A stretch of 64,000 nucleotides of DNA, from assembly GCA_913778455.1 (NCBI GenBank), contig CAJYVK010000135.1, forward strand, positions 10,087 through 74,086, read 5' to 3'. The position numbers and the translations under genes are program-made. The notes beneath the pieces were generated by a model that did no database searches, had not been told where the DNA came from, and worked only from the letters and a program-made list of their open reading frames with translations. Positions 55,226-64,000 of this stretch are shown piece by piece; positions within the stretch are counted from its first letter, which is position 1, and every line of letters begins with the position of its first letter. The DNA comes from an uncultured Hymenobacter sp. (GTDB lineage: Bacteria > Bacteroidota > Bacteroidia > Cytophagales > Hymenobacteraceae).

Positions 55226-55490
55226 GCAGTTTCTCCAAACAAGGGCGTTCCCAAATCTACTATTTTTCGAACGCCTCTACTGGCTCAGAAAAGACCGGTC
55301 TCCTGCTATTGATTTAGGACCTACTTCTTGCGCTGCCAGGGCACCTCTTAGGCTAGATTTTAGTACTCATCAGCAGGGAACTCAGGAAGGTGCATCTTTC
55401 GGGGCTAGGAAAAGTTTAAGCATACTCAACTATCATTAACGCCCGCCGAGAACAGCGTGATTAGGCTAGGGCCGTATTAGTTAGATTAAT

Positions 55491-58400
55491 TTGTCCTTAC
55501 CTTTGATTGCTAATAAACTACGGATACTAATCTCGCATTTGGACTGCCCTCGTTTTCCAGTTGTGCTACCCCGGCAGTTGCGGCATTACCTGCTGTTTTT
55601 GGGGAGTCTCTGGCTACTGGTATGCAGACCCGGCACCGTCCAGGCCGTCGCCGGCGGCCTGCATATAGAGCACCTGCCCCCAACCGGGCTGCTTGCCAGC
55701 CACTCCCTGACGGCCCAGCGTGGCCGCGCCTACTGGGATACCAACCCTGATTCGCTCCGGCAGGTGCTGGCCCGACCACAAGCTGATACAGCTCGCCTGC
55801 GTACCCTGGAGCACCTGAGTGACATCACCTCCTGGATTGATACGCCGCGCTACGAAGACCTAGCGCAAACGATAAAGCTAGCGTGCCAGCTACGCCGACC
55901 CGAATACCGAGCTTATCAGCTATGGCTCAGCGGCTGGCAGCTATTTCAACGGAACCTACCCGCTACGGCAGAAAGCCGCGCGACCAACGCCCAAGCGCTG
56001 GACAGCATGCGGGCGGCTATCACCCAATTCGATATACTTGGACGTCAGCAACCCAGGTTCCTCCTGGATATCTGTCGTGTCTTCCTAAAATTGCAGGAGC
56101 TGGATGCCGCACAAGCCTATTTTGCAGAAAAGCTGAATTACTACCGCCAGCGCAAGGCAACCCAAAATATGGCTTCTTGCTACACTGGCATGGGAGCTTA
56201 CTACTTTCTTAAGGGTGATTACAGCCGCTCCATTGGCGGTTACCTACAAGCCGGAGCCCTCTTTCGTTACTTCGATACGTCTACTTATTACGATGAGCTA
56301 AGTGTAGTTGGGGCTACCTATGCGCTATGGGGAAACCATACGAAGGCGGAAGCTTACCTACGGCAAGCGTTGACCAACCCCAACCCCAGACGACGCTCGT
56401 ACATCTACTATTACTTGGCAGTCAGCTATCTGCACCGAGGTAACTATGTGGCCGCGACCCGAGCTGCCGACCAGAATCTGCAGAATGCCGACCTATCGGA
56501 CGCCTCAAACAATCAGCAGCCCATAGCCTTAGTCCTTAAGGCCACAGTGCTCATCCCGCAGCACCACCTGGCAGCGGCCAGCCAGCTGCTTGCCCAAGCG
56601 CAGCGTTTGGGCGATTTGCAGAGCGTGGCCCTTGATAATCGTTACGGCTATTTTGAAGTGGATGCGGGCTGGGCGCAGTACTACGCCGCCCTCGGGGAGC
56701 CCGCCCGCGCCGAAAAGGCTTGGCTCACTGCCTTGCGCAAAGCCCGACTGGAGGGCTCGCAGTTGCTTCGCCTACGTTACCTACGGCAACTTGCCGATTT
56801 TTACGCGGCGCACAAGAAGCCTGCCGCGGCCGCGCCGTATTCGCTGGCGGCGGCCCGGCTCAACGATTCGCTACAAGAAATTCAGAGTGGCTTCCGGGTG
56901 TCGTACTACGAGCAGCAGCAGGTAGAACGCCACCAGGCCGCACGCATTAGCGGCCTACGCCAGCAGCAGACTCAGGCCATAGCCAGCGCGGGTCGCCAGC
57001 GCACCGCCCTAGGCTGGCTGCTGGGCGGTACGGCCCTGCTGACCCTGTTCAGCGGCGCGCAGTGGCGCAGCCACCGCCGCCAGCAGCGGGCTAATGCTCT
57101 ACTAGCTGCCCAAAAGGCCCAGATTGAGGACCAGGCCCAGCGCTTGGGCGAGCTGGACGCGGCCAAAAATCAGTTCTTTGCCAACGTCAGCCACGAGCTG
57201 CGCACGCCCCTGACCCTGGTGCTGGGCCCGCTCGACGGCTTGCTCACCGCCCCGGCCCCGCCCTTGCCCGCCCCCGTGCGCGAATCCGTGGCCCTGGCCC
57301 ATCGCAGCGCCCGCCGCCTGCAAGAGCTAGTCGATAGCATTCTGGACCTGACCAAGCTACAAGCTGGCCGCCTGGAGCTGCACCCCGCGCCCACAGCCCT
57401 GGCGGCGCTGCTGCGCCGGGTTATCGCGCAATTTGAGTCGCTGGCCGCCGAGCGCCGCGTGCTGCTGGTGCGGCCCCTCGCCCTGCCCGAGGCCCTGCAC
57501 GTGCTGGTGGATGCCGACAAGGTAGAGCAAATCCTGACCAATCTGCTCATCAACGCCCTCAATTATACCCCGGCCGGCGGGGCCGTCAGTGTGGGGGCCA
57601 CCCTGCCCGACGCCACTGGGCAGTACGTCCTCACGGTGCGCGACACCGGCCCTGGCATTGCGGCGGCCGAGCAGGAGCGGGTGTTTGAGCGCTTTTATCA
57701 GAGCCCCCAGCGCCAGGCCCAGGGGGGCACCGGCTTGGGCCTGGCATTGAGCCGGGAGTTGGCCACGCTGCTCGGCGGCACGCTCACGCTGGCTAGTGAG
57801 CCGGGCCAGGGGGCCGCCTTCACCCTGCGCTTTCCAGCGCCGGAGTGGAGCGCTGAGGGAGAAGGGGTAGAAGCTGAGGAAGTGGATGCAGAAGAGGGGG
57901 AAGCGGAGCCGGAGGCCACGCCGGACGGCGCCTTGCTACCGCTGCACGCCCGCCCCCGGGTGCTAGTGGTGGAGGACCAGGCCGACCTGCGCGAGTACCT
58001 GCGCCAGCTGCTGAGCCCGGCCTACGAGGTGCTCACCGCCACCGACGGCCAGGACGCGCTCGAGGTGCTGGCCCGCGAGGCACCCGTGGACCTGGTCACC
58101 ACCGACGCCATGATGCCCCGGCTGAGCGGCACCGAGCTGCTAGCCCAGCTGAAGGCCGACCCTGCCCGCGCTGGCCTGCCCGTGCTCATGCTCACGGCCC
58201 GCGCCGATGACACGTTTCGACTGGCCTCGCTCACGCTGGGCGTCGACGACTACCTGACCAAGCCCTTCGTGCCCGCCGAGTTGCTGGTCCGGGTGGCCAC
58301 GCTGCTGCGTCGCCACACCGTGCGCCGCCACTTTGCCGCCCAGCCGCCCGAGGCCCCAGCCCACCCGGCGGTGGCCGAGGCAACCCCAGCGCCCCCCAGC

Positions 58401-58763
58401 GTCCCCATGGCCGACCCTGCGGCCCCACCCGAACCCGACGCGGCGGGGGCCGCGCAGCTGGCCCGGTGGCAGGTGCAGGTCGCGCCGCGCCTGGCCGACC
58501 CCGCTTTTGGCCCGACCGAGCTGGCCGGCCTGCTGTGCTTGAGCGAGCGCACCCTCTATCGCCGCCTGGGCGAGCTGGCGGGCCTGACGCCCGCGGCCTG
58601 GCTGCGTGAGCTGCGCCTAAACCAGGCCCGCCAGCTGCTCGAAGCCGGCAGCTTCCGCTCGGTGGCCGACGTGGCCGAGGCCGCGGGCTTCGTCACGGTC
58701 AAGGCCTTCGCCGCGCGGTATGCCGAGCGGTTTGGGCGGCGGCCCTCCTCCTACCGCCCCTAG
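55491..58763 (+). CDS. Hybrid sensor histidine kinase / response regulator / AraC-type transcription factor with an N-terminal TPR-like sensor region
   Basis: Signal/TM, about 400 aa of TPR-like helical repeats, a second TM, HisKA (SHELRTPLT), HATPase_c (GTGLGLALS), an acidic linker, REC (VLVVEDQ...DAMMP...DDYLTKP) and HTH_AraC at the C-terminus. The start is uncertain (TTG at 55491 or GTG near 55563). Confidence 0.9.
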   Translation: MSLPLIANKLRILISHLDCPRFPVVLPRQLRHYLLFLGSLWLLVCRPGTVQAVAGGLHIEHLPPTGLLASHSLTAQRGRAYWDTNPDSLRQVLARPQADTARLRTLEHLSDITSWIDTPRYEDLAQTIKLACQLRRPEYRAYQLWLSGWQLFQRNLPATAESRATNAQALDSMRAAITQFDILGRQQPRFLLDICRVFLKLQELDAAQAYFAEKLNYYRQRKATQNMASCYTGMGAYYFLKGDYSRSIGGYLQAGALFRYFDTSTYYDELSVVGATYALWGNHTKAEAYLRQALTNPNPRRRSYIYYYLAVSYLHRGNYVAATRAADQNLQNADLSDASNNQQPIALVLKATVLIPQHHLAAASQLLAQAQRLGDLQSVALDNRYGYFEVDAGWAQYYAALGEPARAEKAWLTALRKARLEGSQLLRLRYLRQLADFYAAHKKPAAAAPYSLAAARLNDSLQEIQSGFRVSYYEQQQVERHQAARISGLRQQQTQAIASAGRQRTALGWLLGGTALLTLFSGAQWRSHRRQQRANALLAAQKAQIEDQAQRLGELDAAKNQFFANVSHELRTPLTLVLGPLDGLLTAPAPPLPAPVRESVALAHRSARRLQELVDSILDLTKLQAGRLELHPAPTALAALLRRVIAQFESLAAERRVLLVRPLALPEALHVLVDADKVEQILTNLLINALNYTPAGGAVSVGATLPDATGQYVLTVRDTGPGIAAAEQERVFERFYQSPQRQAQGGTGLGLALSRELATLLGGTLTLASEPGQGAAFTLRFPAPEWSAEGEGVEAEEVDAEEGEAEPEATPDGALLPLHARPRVLVVEDQADLREYLRQLLSPAYEVLTATDGQDALEVLAREAPVDLVTTDAMMPRLSGTELLAQLKADPARAGLPVLMLTARADDTFRLASLTLGVDDYLTKPFVPAELLVRVATLLRRHTVRRHFAAQPPEAPAHPAVAEATPAPPSVPMADPAAPPEPDAAGAAQLARWQVQVAPRLADPAFGPTELAGLLCLSERTLYRRLGELAGLTPAAWLRELRLNQARQLLEAGSFRSVADVAEAAGFVTVKAFAARYAERFGRRPSSYRP

Positions 58764-59002
58764 GCCCCGAACGGCACCCGTTCAAGAGGAAAAAGCCGCC
58801 GCCCTGTCCGGTTATTCGCCCGTGCTGCTTCGCCCATTCCGGCGAAGCAGCACAGGCGCTTCGCTACTAGCGCCCGTGTGAGTGACCTGGTAACGACCGC
58901 TCGCGGTAGCTGCCGTGGCTGGTCGCATCCGCTTGAGGAGACAATTCCTGCCCGCTACCCGAGCGGGCAGCGGTAAATGCGTTGGCAGAAGTCGCTTACC
59001 TA

Positions 59003-59039
59003 GGGCCATTTCTGCCAAACTGGGGCCATGCTTGCCAAA
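59003..59039 (+). promoter_or_regulatory. Direct repeat GGGCCATnnnTGCCAAA x2 with 20-nt period (candidate regulator binding site)
   Basis: GGGCCATTTCTGCCAAA at 59003-59019 and GGGCCATGCTTGCCAAA at 59023-59039. A third TTGCCA half-site lies at 59050. It sits in the 0.84-kb non-coding gap after the AraC-output regulator. Confidence 0.3.
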
Positions 59040-59605
59040 ATGCAGGATTTTGCCACTACTGGCAAGGATGAAGCCAGGTCAGCGTGCGTAACGCGTGACC
59101 TTTGTGCACCCTCTTACACCCCGCCAGCAAGGGGGCAGTACCGCTGCTTAGCCTCGTCAGGCATCCAGGCCGGGCTCCCGCATCCCCTCCTGCTTACAAT
59201 TCCTGCCCAACTTCTGGTGCGCTAGCCAGCCCGAGGTTCTGGGTCATAACCTACCGCGGCTTTTACCACCGTCCGGCAGCCCACCTACCCGGGGCGGAGC
59301 CCCCGGTAGCACCTGGTTTTACCAGCTAGCACGCTCCCGCAGACCAGTACTACTACCCGACGCGCTTACGCGCCCCGGCCTCCTCTTGCATTCTTTCTGA
59401 GCTATGAACCATCCTTACTTAGTCCCCTGCGGGGACCGCCGCAGGTAGGCAGCCCGCTCGCAAGTACCACCTGCCCAGGCGTGGCCATCAGACGAGGTGC
59501 TTGAGCAAGCAGCTAGCATGGCCGCCTACTCTCTCTTTTGTCAAGCGTACTAAATACTTATAATCAAGTAATTTAGGTGTCAAACTTCGCCTTTGCCTTT
59601 TAATT

Positions 59606-60089
59606 ATGAAAGCTCTCCTTTCGTGGCGCTGGCCACGGCCCTGGTGCTCGGGGCCGGCCACGCCAGCGTACCTGCCGCGCCGCGCGCCACCGCTGCGGGG
59701 CCGGTCACGATGGCCGCGTTGACGCAACAGTTTACCGAGGCCCTGGAGCAGCAGGACTTGGCAAAGGCCACCGCCTGCCTGGCCCGCAACGTGCGCTCGC
59801 TGGCCAACGCGGAGGCCGTAGTGAGCGGCCGCGATTCGGTGAGTGCGGTCTGGCTGAAGCGGACCCTCAGCATAGTACCTGAGTGAAACTGACGCCCCTG
59901 CAATCGGGTGGCGACGCCGCGATGGGCTACGCCACCGGCTACTACACCTACGACCTCAAGCCGACGGCCAACCTGCCAAAAGGCGCGGTCGGCCATGGCT
60001 CTTACACGACGCTGCCCTGTAAGGAGGGCGCTACCTGGCAAATCACCTACGTTCACCCCGCCGCCGACTCTATCAAGATTACCGACTAA
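59606..60089 (+). pseudogene. SnoaL/DUF4440-like (NTF2 fold) secreted protein gene, frameshifted
   Basis: ORF 59593-59886 (..LTQQFTEALEQQDLAKATACLARN...GRDSVSAVW) and ORF 59883-60089 (..GDAAMGYATGYYTY...GATWQITYVHPAAD) are two halves of one NTF2-like domain in different frames. The ATG at 59606 (MKALLS) is out of frame with the signal-peptide-like FVALATALVLGAGHA. Confidence 0.45.
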
Positions 60090-60203
60090 CGGCCCGCCTG
60101 CGCAGCGCCGGCCATCGGATGGGCACCCGTCGCCCGGTCGGGGGCCAGCACCGATGCGTTGGCTGGCCCGCTGCGCAGCGGGCCGAGCGCCTACTGCTGC
60201 CCT

Positions 60204-60857
60204 ATGCAACCCCCTTTATCCCTAGCTATTATTGAAGCCCAGGCGCTCCTGCGAGATAGGATGCACCAATACTTGTGCGCCCAGCCCGAGTTCGACTGCG
60301 TGCTCACGGCCGCGTCGGTGGCGGATTTCCTGCGGCGGCTGCCCGCGCTGGGTACCCCGCCAGTGCTGGTGCTTGGCGACCTCGGCCGACCCAGATGCGC
60401 GGGCAGCGCGGGACTGGCGCTGCTGCTGGCCCGGCTGCCCGAGGCGCAGGTGCTGCTGCTGAGCGCCACCATCGATAGGCCACTGGCCCTGGCGGCCTTC
60501 CGCGCCGGGGCCGTAGGCTACCTGGTCAAGAGCTTGCCCTTACCCCAGCTCAAGGCCCATCTGCTCGACGTGGCCGCCGGGGGCTCGCCCATGAGCTCGC
60601 AGGTGGCGCGCCACGTCATTCAAGCGTTTCAGCGCCAGCCCCCGGTGCGGGTGGCCCCCACCCCAGAGGCCCGCCTCACCCCTCGAGAGGAAGAAATCGT
60701 GGCCGCCGTGGAACAGGGCTTGAGCTACAAGCTGGTGGCCGAGCGCTATGGCCTGAGCACGGCCACGGTCAAAAACCACATCCGGGCCGTGTACCGCAAG
60801 CTGGCAATCAACAGCAAGGGCGAGCTGCTGGCCCTGGCCCTGCAGCGGCGCGGCTGA
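60204..60857 (+). CDS. LuxR/NarL-family response regulator with an atypical receiver
   Basis: ATG at 60204. Receiver-like domain (VLGDLGRP, GYLVKS) and C-terminal HTH_LuxR (LTPREEEIVAAVEQGLSYKLVAERYGLSTATVKNHIRAVYRKL). The N-terminal acidic pair reads EA instead of DD. Confidence 0.85.
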   Translation: MQPPLSLAIIEAQALLRDRMHQYLCAQPEFDCVLTAASVADFLRRLPALGTPPVLVLGDLGRPRCAGSAGLALLLARLPEAQVLLLSATIDRPLALAAFRAGAVGYLVKSLPLPQLKAHLLDVAAGGSPMSSQVARHVIQAFQRQPPVRVAPTPEARLTPREEEIVAAVEQGLSYKLVAERYGLSTATVKNHIRAVYRKLAINSKGELLALALQRRG

Positions 60858-60951
60858 GGGCGGGTATAGGCCTTTTGTGCTATAGCGCTGCCTTGCCGTA
60901 CTGCCGAGCTTTGTATGATTTTTTAGTACTTTACCTATCCCCCTTGCTCCT

Positions 60952-63900
60952 ATGGCAAACTCTTTACTTCGGGGCCGCCCGCAGCGGCCTCCTTACTGGC
61001 TGGCCCGCCCCCTGGCGGCGCTAGGGCTGCTGCTGGCCACGGCCAGCGTGGCCCAGGCCCAGACGCTCACCATCCAGGGTATGGGCAGCGCCACTTCTCC
61101 AGGCAGCGACGTGACAGCCTTCGTTGACAAGGTTGAAATCGTGCGGGTGTTCGACGGAGCCGTAATGACGGGGGCGCTCGCCAACGCGGGCTTCGAGACC
61201 CCAAGTCTGGGGGCCGGCAGCTTTGCGTACCGACCCTCCGGGGCCACCTGGACGTTTGTGGGCAATGCCGGCATCAGCAACAGCGGCGGCGGCTTCAGCC
61301 CCCCTGCCATCCCAGAAGGAAGCCAGACAGCCCTGATTCAAACCAGTTCGAGCTCTGTCGCGCAGCCACTGACGTTAGCGGCCGGTACCTACCAGGTCCG
61401 TTTTCTGGCCACGCAACGTACCAATTGCTGCGGTGCGCCTTACGACCAGAAGCTGACCGTGAGCGTGGGCGGCACCCAGGTGGGAACTACCACGCCCCCG
61501 GCCAGTGGTTTCACCAGCTTTACCAGTAACGCCTTTACCGTGAATGGCAGCGGCGCGGTGGTTACCAACAACGCACTGGCCTTCGACGGCAGCAACGACT
61601 ACGTGGCCCTGCCAGCCAGCACCCCGGTGCCGGTGGGCAACAGCGCCTACACCATCGAGGCGTGGATAAAGCCCACCAGCATGAGCGCGAATAATGGTAT
61701 CGCTGGCTGGGGCAACTACGGCAGCGATAACCAGGTGACCGCGCTGCGCCTTACCCCGGGCAACGGCGGAACGCTTGGCGTCTACTGGTGGAACAATGAC
61801 CTGAATGCGACGGTGGGTAACCTGAGCGGCCAGTGGCACCACGTGGCGACCACCTACGACGGCACCAACCGCCGCCTCTACCTCGACGGGGTGCTCAAGG
61901 CTAGCGACACGCCCGGCGCTCACGCCGTGCCCAATGCCAACAACCTGCGCCTCGGCTCGACCAACGCGGCGACGGGCAACAACCCGGGTGGTAACGGCGA
62001 ATACTTTGCCGGCAGCATGGATGAGGTGCGCATCTATAGCGTGGGGCTGACGGTGGCCCAGATTCAGGCCGATATGTACAGCACTAGCCCAGCGGTGCCG
62101 GCCAGCCAGAAATACTACGCCAATTTCGACCAGGGCACGGCCGGCGGCAGCAACGCGGGCATCACGAGCCTGACCGACCAGAGCGGCAACGGCAGCACGG
62201 GTGCGCTGAACAACTTCGCCCTGACGGGCACCAGCAGCAACTGGGTACGCAGCTTCCCCACCATTACCGGCATCTCGCCCACCAGCGGGGCCGTAGGCAG
62301 CAGCGTGACGGTGACGGGTACCAATCTGCTTGACGCCACGGGCTTCGCCTTCAACGGCACAGCCGTGGCGCCCTTTACCGCCCCCAGCAGCGACCTGACG
62401 GCCACCGTGACCGTGCCCAACGGCGCGACGACCGGCCCGGTGAGTGTGACCTCGGCTACGCTCACGCGCTACAACGGCCCCACCTTCACGCTGGCCTACG
62501 GCGACCTGGTAGTAACTACCACCACGACCATCCCAGCCGGCATCTACAACAGCATCACGGTGCAGAGCGGCGGCAACGGCACGCTGGCCGACGACGTGAC
62601 GGTGAACTCGGCCATCGTGGTGCAAAGCGGTGGCCGGCTGGCCGACGGCTGCCACTTGTTTACGGGCAGCGCCACGTTTACCCTGCAAGCGGGCGGCACC
62701 CTCGACATCTGCCGGCCCCGGGGCATTCTGAGCGGGCCCAACACGGGCCAGGGCAACATCGGGGCCGTGCGCGTGACGGGCACCCGCAGCTACAGCAACG
62801 ACGCCAGCTACAGCTACAGCGGCGGCCAGAGCCAGGATACCGGCGATGGCCTGCCCAGCCAGGTGCGCAACTTCACGGTGGGCACCAGCACCGACCTCAG
62901 CCTGACCAATCCCCTGGCCGTGGCCCAGGTACTGACCCTGAGCGGGGCCGGCAACCTGACCACCGGCGGCAAGGCGCTGACGCTGCTGAGCAGCAGCGCC
63001 GGCACGGCCCTGGTGGTGAACAGCGGCACGGGCACGGTCAGCGGCACGGGCTTCACCATGCAGCGCTACATCGACCCCTCACTTAACAGCGGCAGCGGCT
63101 ACCGCCACTACAGCGCTCCGGTGAGCAACACCACCCTGGCCGACCTGGCCACCACCGGCTACTCACCCGAAATCAGCCAGGCCGCTACCTACAACAGCAG
63201 CGCCACGCCAGGCACCACCACCCCCTTCCCCACGCTGTTTGCCTACGACCAGAGCCGCTTGGCCACGGTTACGAATAACTACTCGGCCTTCGACAAGGGC
63301 TTCGTGGTGCCCACCGCCCTGAGCGCGCCCATGAGCGTGGGCCAGGGCTACGTGGCCCAGATTGGGGCCGCCGCCCTCGTCGATTTCGTGGGCACGCCCA
63401 ACACCGGCGACCAAAGCGCCCTGACCCTGACTCGCAACGCGGCCACGACGGCCAACGCCACCGCCGCCGGCTGGCAGCTGGTAGGTAACCCCTACCCCAG
63501 CCCGCTCGACTGGAGCCTGGTGGCCGCCGCCGACCGCCAGAACCTGGACGGCGCCATGTACGTGGTGCAAAGCACGGGTCCCTACGCCGGGGGCTACCGT
63601 ACCTACACCAATGGTCAGAGCACGAGCGGCACCAACAACCCGCTCATCGCCAGCAGCCAGGGCTTCTGGGTACGGGTGAGCACGGGCCAGACCAGTGGCA
63701 GCCTCACCTTCCGCAACGCCCAGCGCGTAACTACCTATGCCAGCCAGCCGGCCTTCCAGCGCACCACCGCTGACCCACGCCCGGCCCTGCGCCTGGAACT
63801 GGCCGGTCAGGGCCTGGCCGACGGCTGGGTGACGTATGCCGAAACCGGAGCCACGGCCGGCTTCGACTCCCAGTTCGACGCGGCCAAGCTGCCCAACAGC

Positions 63901-64000
63901 ACCGGCCTGAACCTGAGCAGCGCCTCGGCTACCGACAACCTGGCCATCGACGGGCAGGCCGCATTCACGGCCGCCACCGTGCTGCCGCTGGCCGTAGGCG
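60952..64000 (+). CDS. Large secreted multidomain protein (CBM/DUF642-like, LamG/Laminin_G_3, IPT/TIG, further beta-rich regions); 3' end outside the window
   Basis: My own translation in the frame of the ATG at 60952 has no stop to the window end (more than 1016 codons). Signal peptide ...LLLATASVAQAQ. LamG blocks are LAFDGSNDYVALPA, YTIEAWIKP, WHHVATTYDG, LYLDGV and FAGSMDEVRIYS. IPT is ITGISPTSGAVGSSVTVTGTNL. It is not in the ORF track because it lacks a stop. Confidence 0.85.
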   Translation, partial: MANSLLRGRPQRPPYWLARPLAALGLLLATASVAQAQTLTIQGMGSATSPGSDVTAFVDKVEIVRVFDGAVMTGALANAGFETPSLGAGSFAYRPSGATWTFVGNAGISNSGGGFSPPAIPEGSQTALIQTSSSSVAQPLTLAAGTYQVRFLATQRTNCCGAPYDQKLTVSVGGTQVGTTTPPASGFTSFTSNAFTVNGSGAVVTNNALAFDGSNDYVALPASTPVPVGNSAYTIEAWIKPTSMSANNGIAGWGNYGSDNQVTALRLTPGNGGTLGVYWWNNDLNATVGNLSGQWHHVATTYDGTNRRLYLDGVLKASDTPGAHAVPNANNLRLGSTNAATGNNPGGNGEYFAGSMDEVRIYSVGLTVAQIQADMYSTSPAVPASQKYYANFDQGTAGGSNAGITSLTDQSGNGSTGALNNFALTGTSSNWVRSFPTITGISPTSGAVGSSVTVTGTNLLDATGFAFNGTAVAPFTAPSSDLTATVTVPNGATTGPVSVTSATLTRYNGPTFTLAYGDLVVTTTTTIPAGIYNSITVQSGGNGTLADDVTVNSAIVVQSGGRLADGCHLFTGSATFTLQAGGTLDICRPRGILSGPNTGQGNIGAVRVTGTRSYSNDASYSYSGGQSQDTGDGLPSQVRNFTVGTSTDLSLTNPLAVAQVLTLSGAGNLTTGGKALTLLSSSAGTALVVNSGTGTVSGTGFTMQRYIDPSLNSGSGYRHYSAPVSNTTLADLATTGYSPEISQAATYNSSATPGTTTPFPTLFAYDQSRLATVTNNYSAFDKGFVVPTALSAPMSVGQGYVAQIGAAALVDFVGTPNTGDQSALTLTRNAATTANATAAGWQLVGNPYPSPLDWSLVAAADRQNLDGAMYVVQSTGPYAGGYRTYTNGQSTSGTNNPLIASSQGFWVRVSTGQTSGSLTFRNAQRVTTYASQPAFQRTTADPRPALRLELAGQGLADGWVTYAETGATAGFDSQFDAAKLPNSTGLNLSSASATDNLAIDGQAAFTAATVLPLAVG

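Noticed and set aside
54993-55439. 148-aa plus-strand ORF between the IS3 element and the hybrid kinase
   Set aside because: Its conserved-looking part is the antisense of the IS5 transposase remnant (55092-55208). The remainder has no protein-like features.
58981-58999. Sigma-54-like TGGCAG...GCTT motif
   Set aside because: The spacing and the -12 element do not fit TGGCAC-N5-TTGC (GCTT instead of TTGC at the required distance).

Overview
High-G+C bacterial chromosome segment. It is most consistent with a Bacteroidota of the Hymenobacter/Cytophagales type. That placement is an inference from protein families: a hybrid HK-REC-AraC regulator, CarboxypepD_reg and LamG/IPT secreted proteins, many lipoproteins, leaders without Shine-Dalgarno sequences, and TAnnTTTG-like -7 boxes. 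I support about 60 protein genes. Housekeeping genes are fumC, sucA, sucB, lpdA, a pseudouridine synthase, a cold-shock-domain protein and tRNA-Val(GAC). Envelope and efflux genes comprise a HlyD fragment plus TolC. These converge on an adaptor / RND pump / NodT-lipoprotein operon that sits next to an OmpR-type two-component pair. The RND pump carries a single in-frame TAG. Regulators are an ECF sigma/anti-sigma pair, a Crp/Fnr protein, a TPR hybrid kinase with an AraC output and a LuxR-type receiver. Stress and redox enzymes are an SDR, a DJ-1/PfpI protein, an ALDH, a GMC oxidoreductase, a thioesterase and a DinB-family protein. Mobile DNA consists of one apparently intact IS5-family element with a -1 frameshift site, a decayed IS3-family element next to tRNA-Val, and an IS5 remnant. 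The most unusual content is as follows. (1) An unannotated three-gene module at 31.1-32.8 kb: roadblock-like protein, Cys-less anti-sigma-like membrane protein with a CarboxypepD_reg domain, roadblock-like protein. (2) An orphan immunity-like cluster (SUFU-like) at 35.9-37.2 kb. (3) Several families of intergenic palindromic repeats, including an 81-82 nt nested-palindrome element with compensatory changes and GCGGACTC..GAGTCCGC REP-like hairpins placed between cistrons. (4) G-free pyrimidine leader tracts abutting start codons. (5) Several disrupted genes. The many long ORFs antisense to real genes are treated as GC-rich artefacts. All family assignments come from reading the translations, not from database searches.
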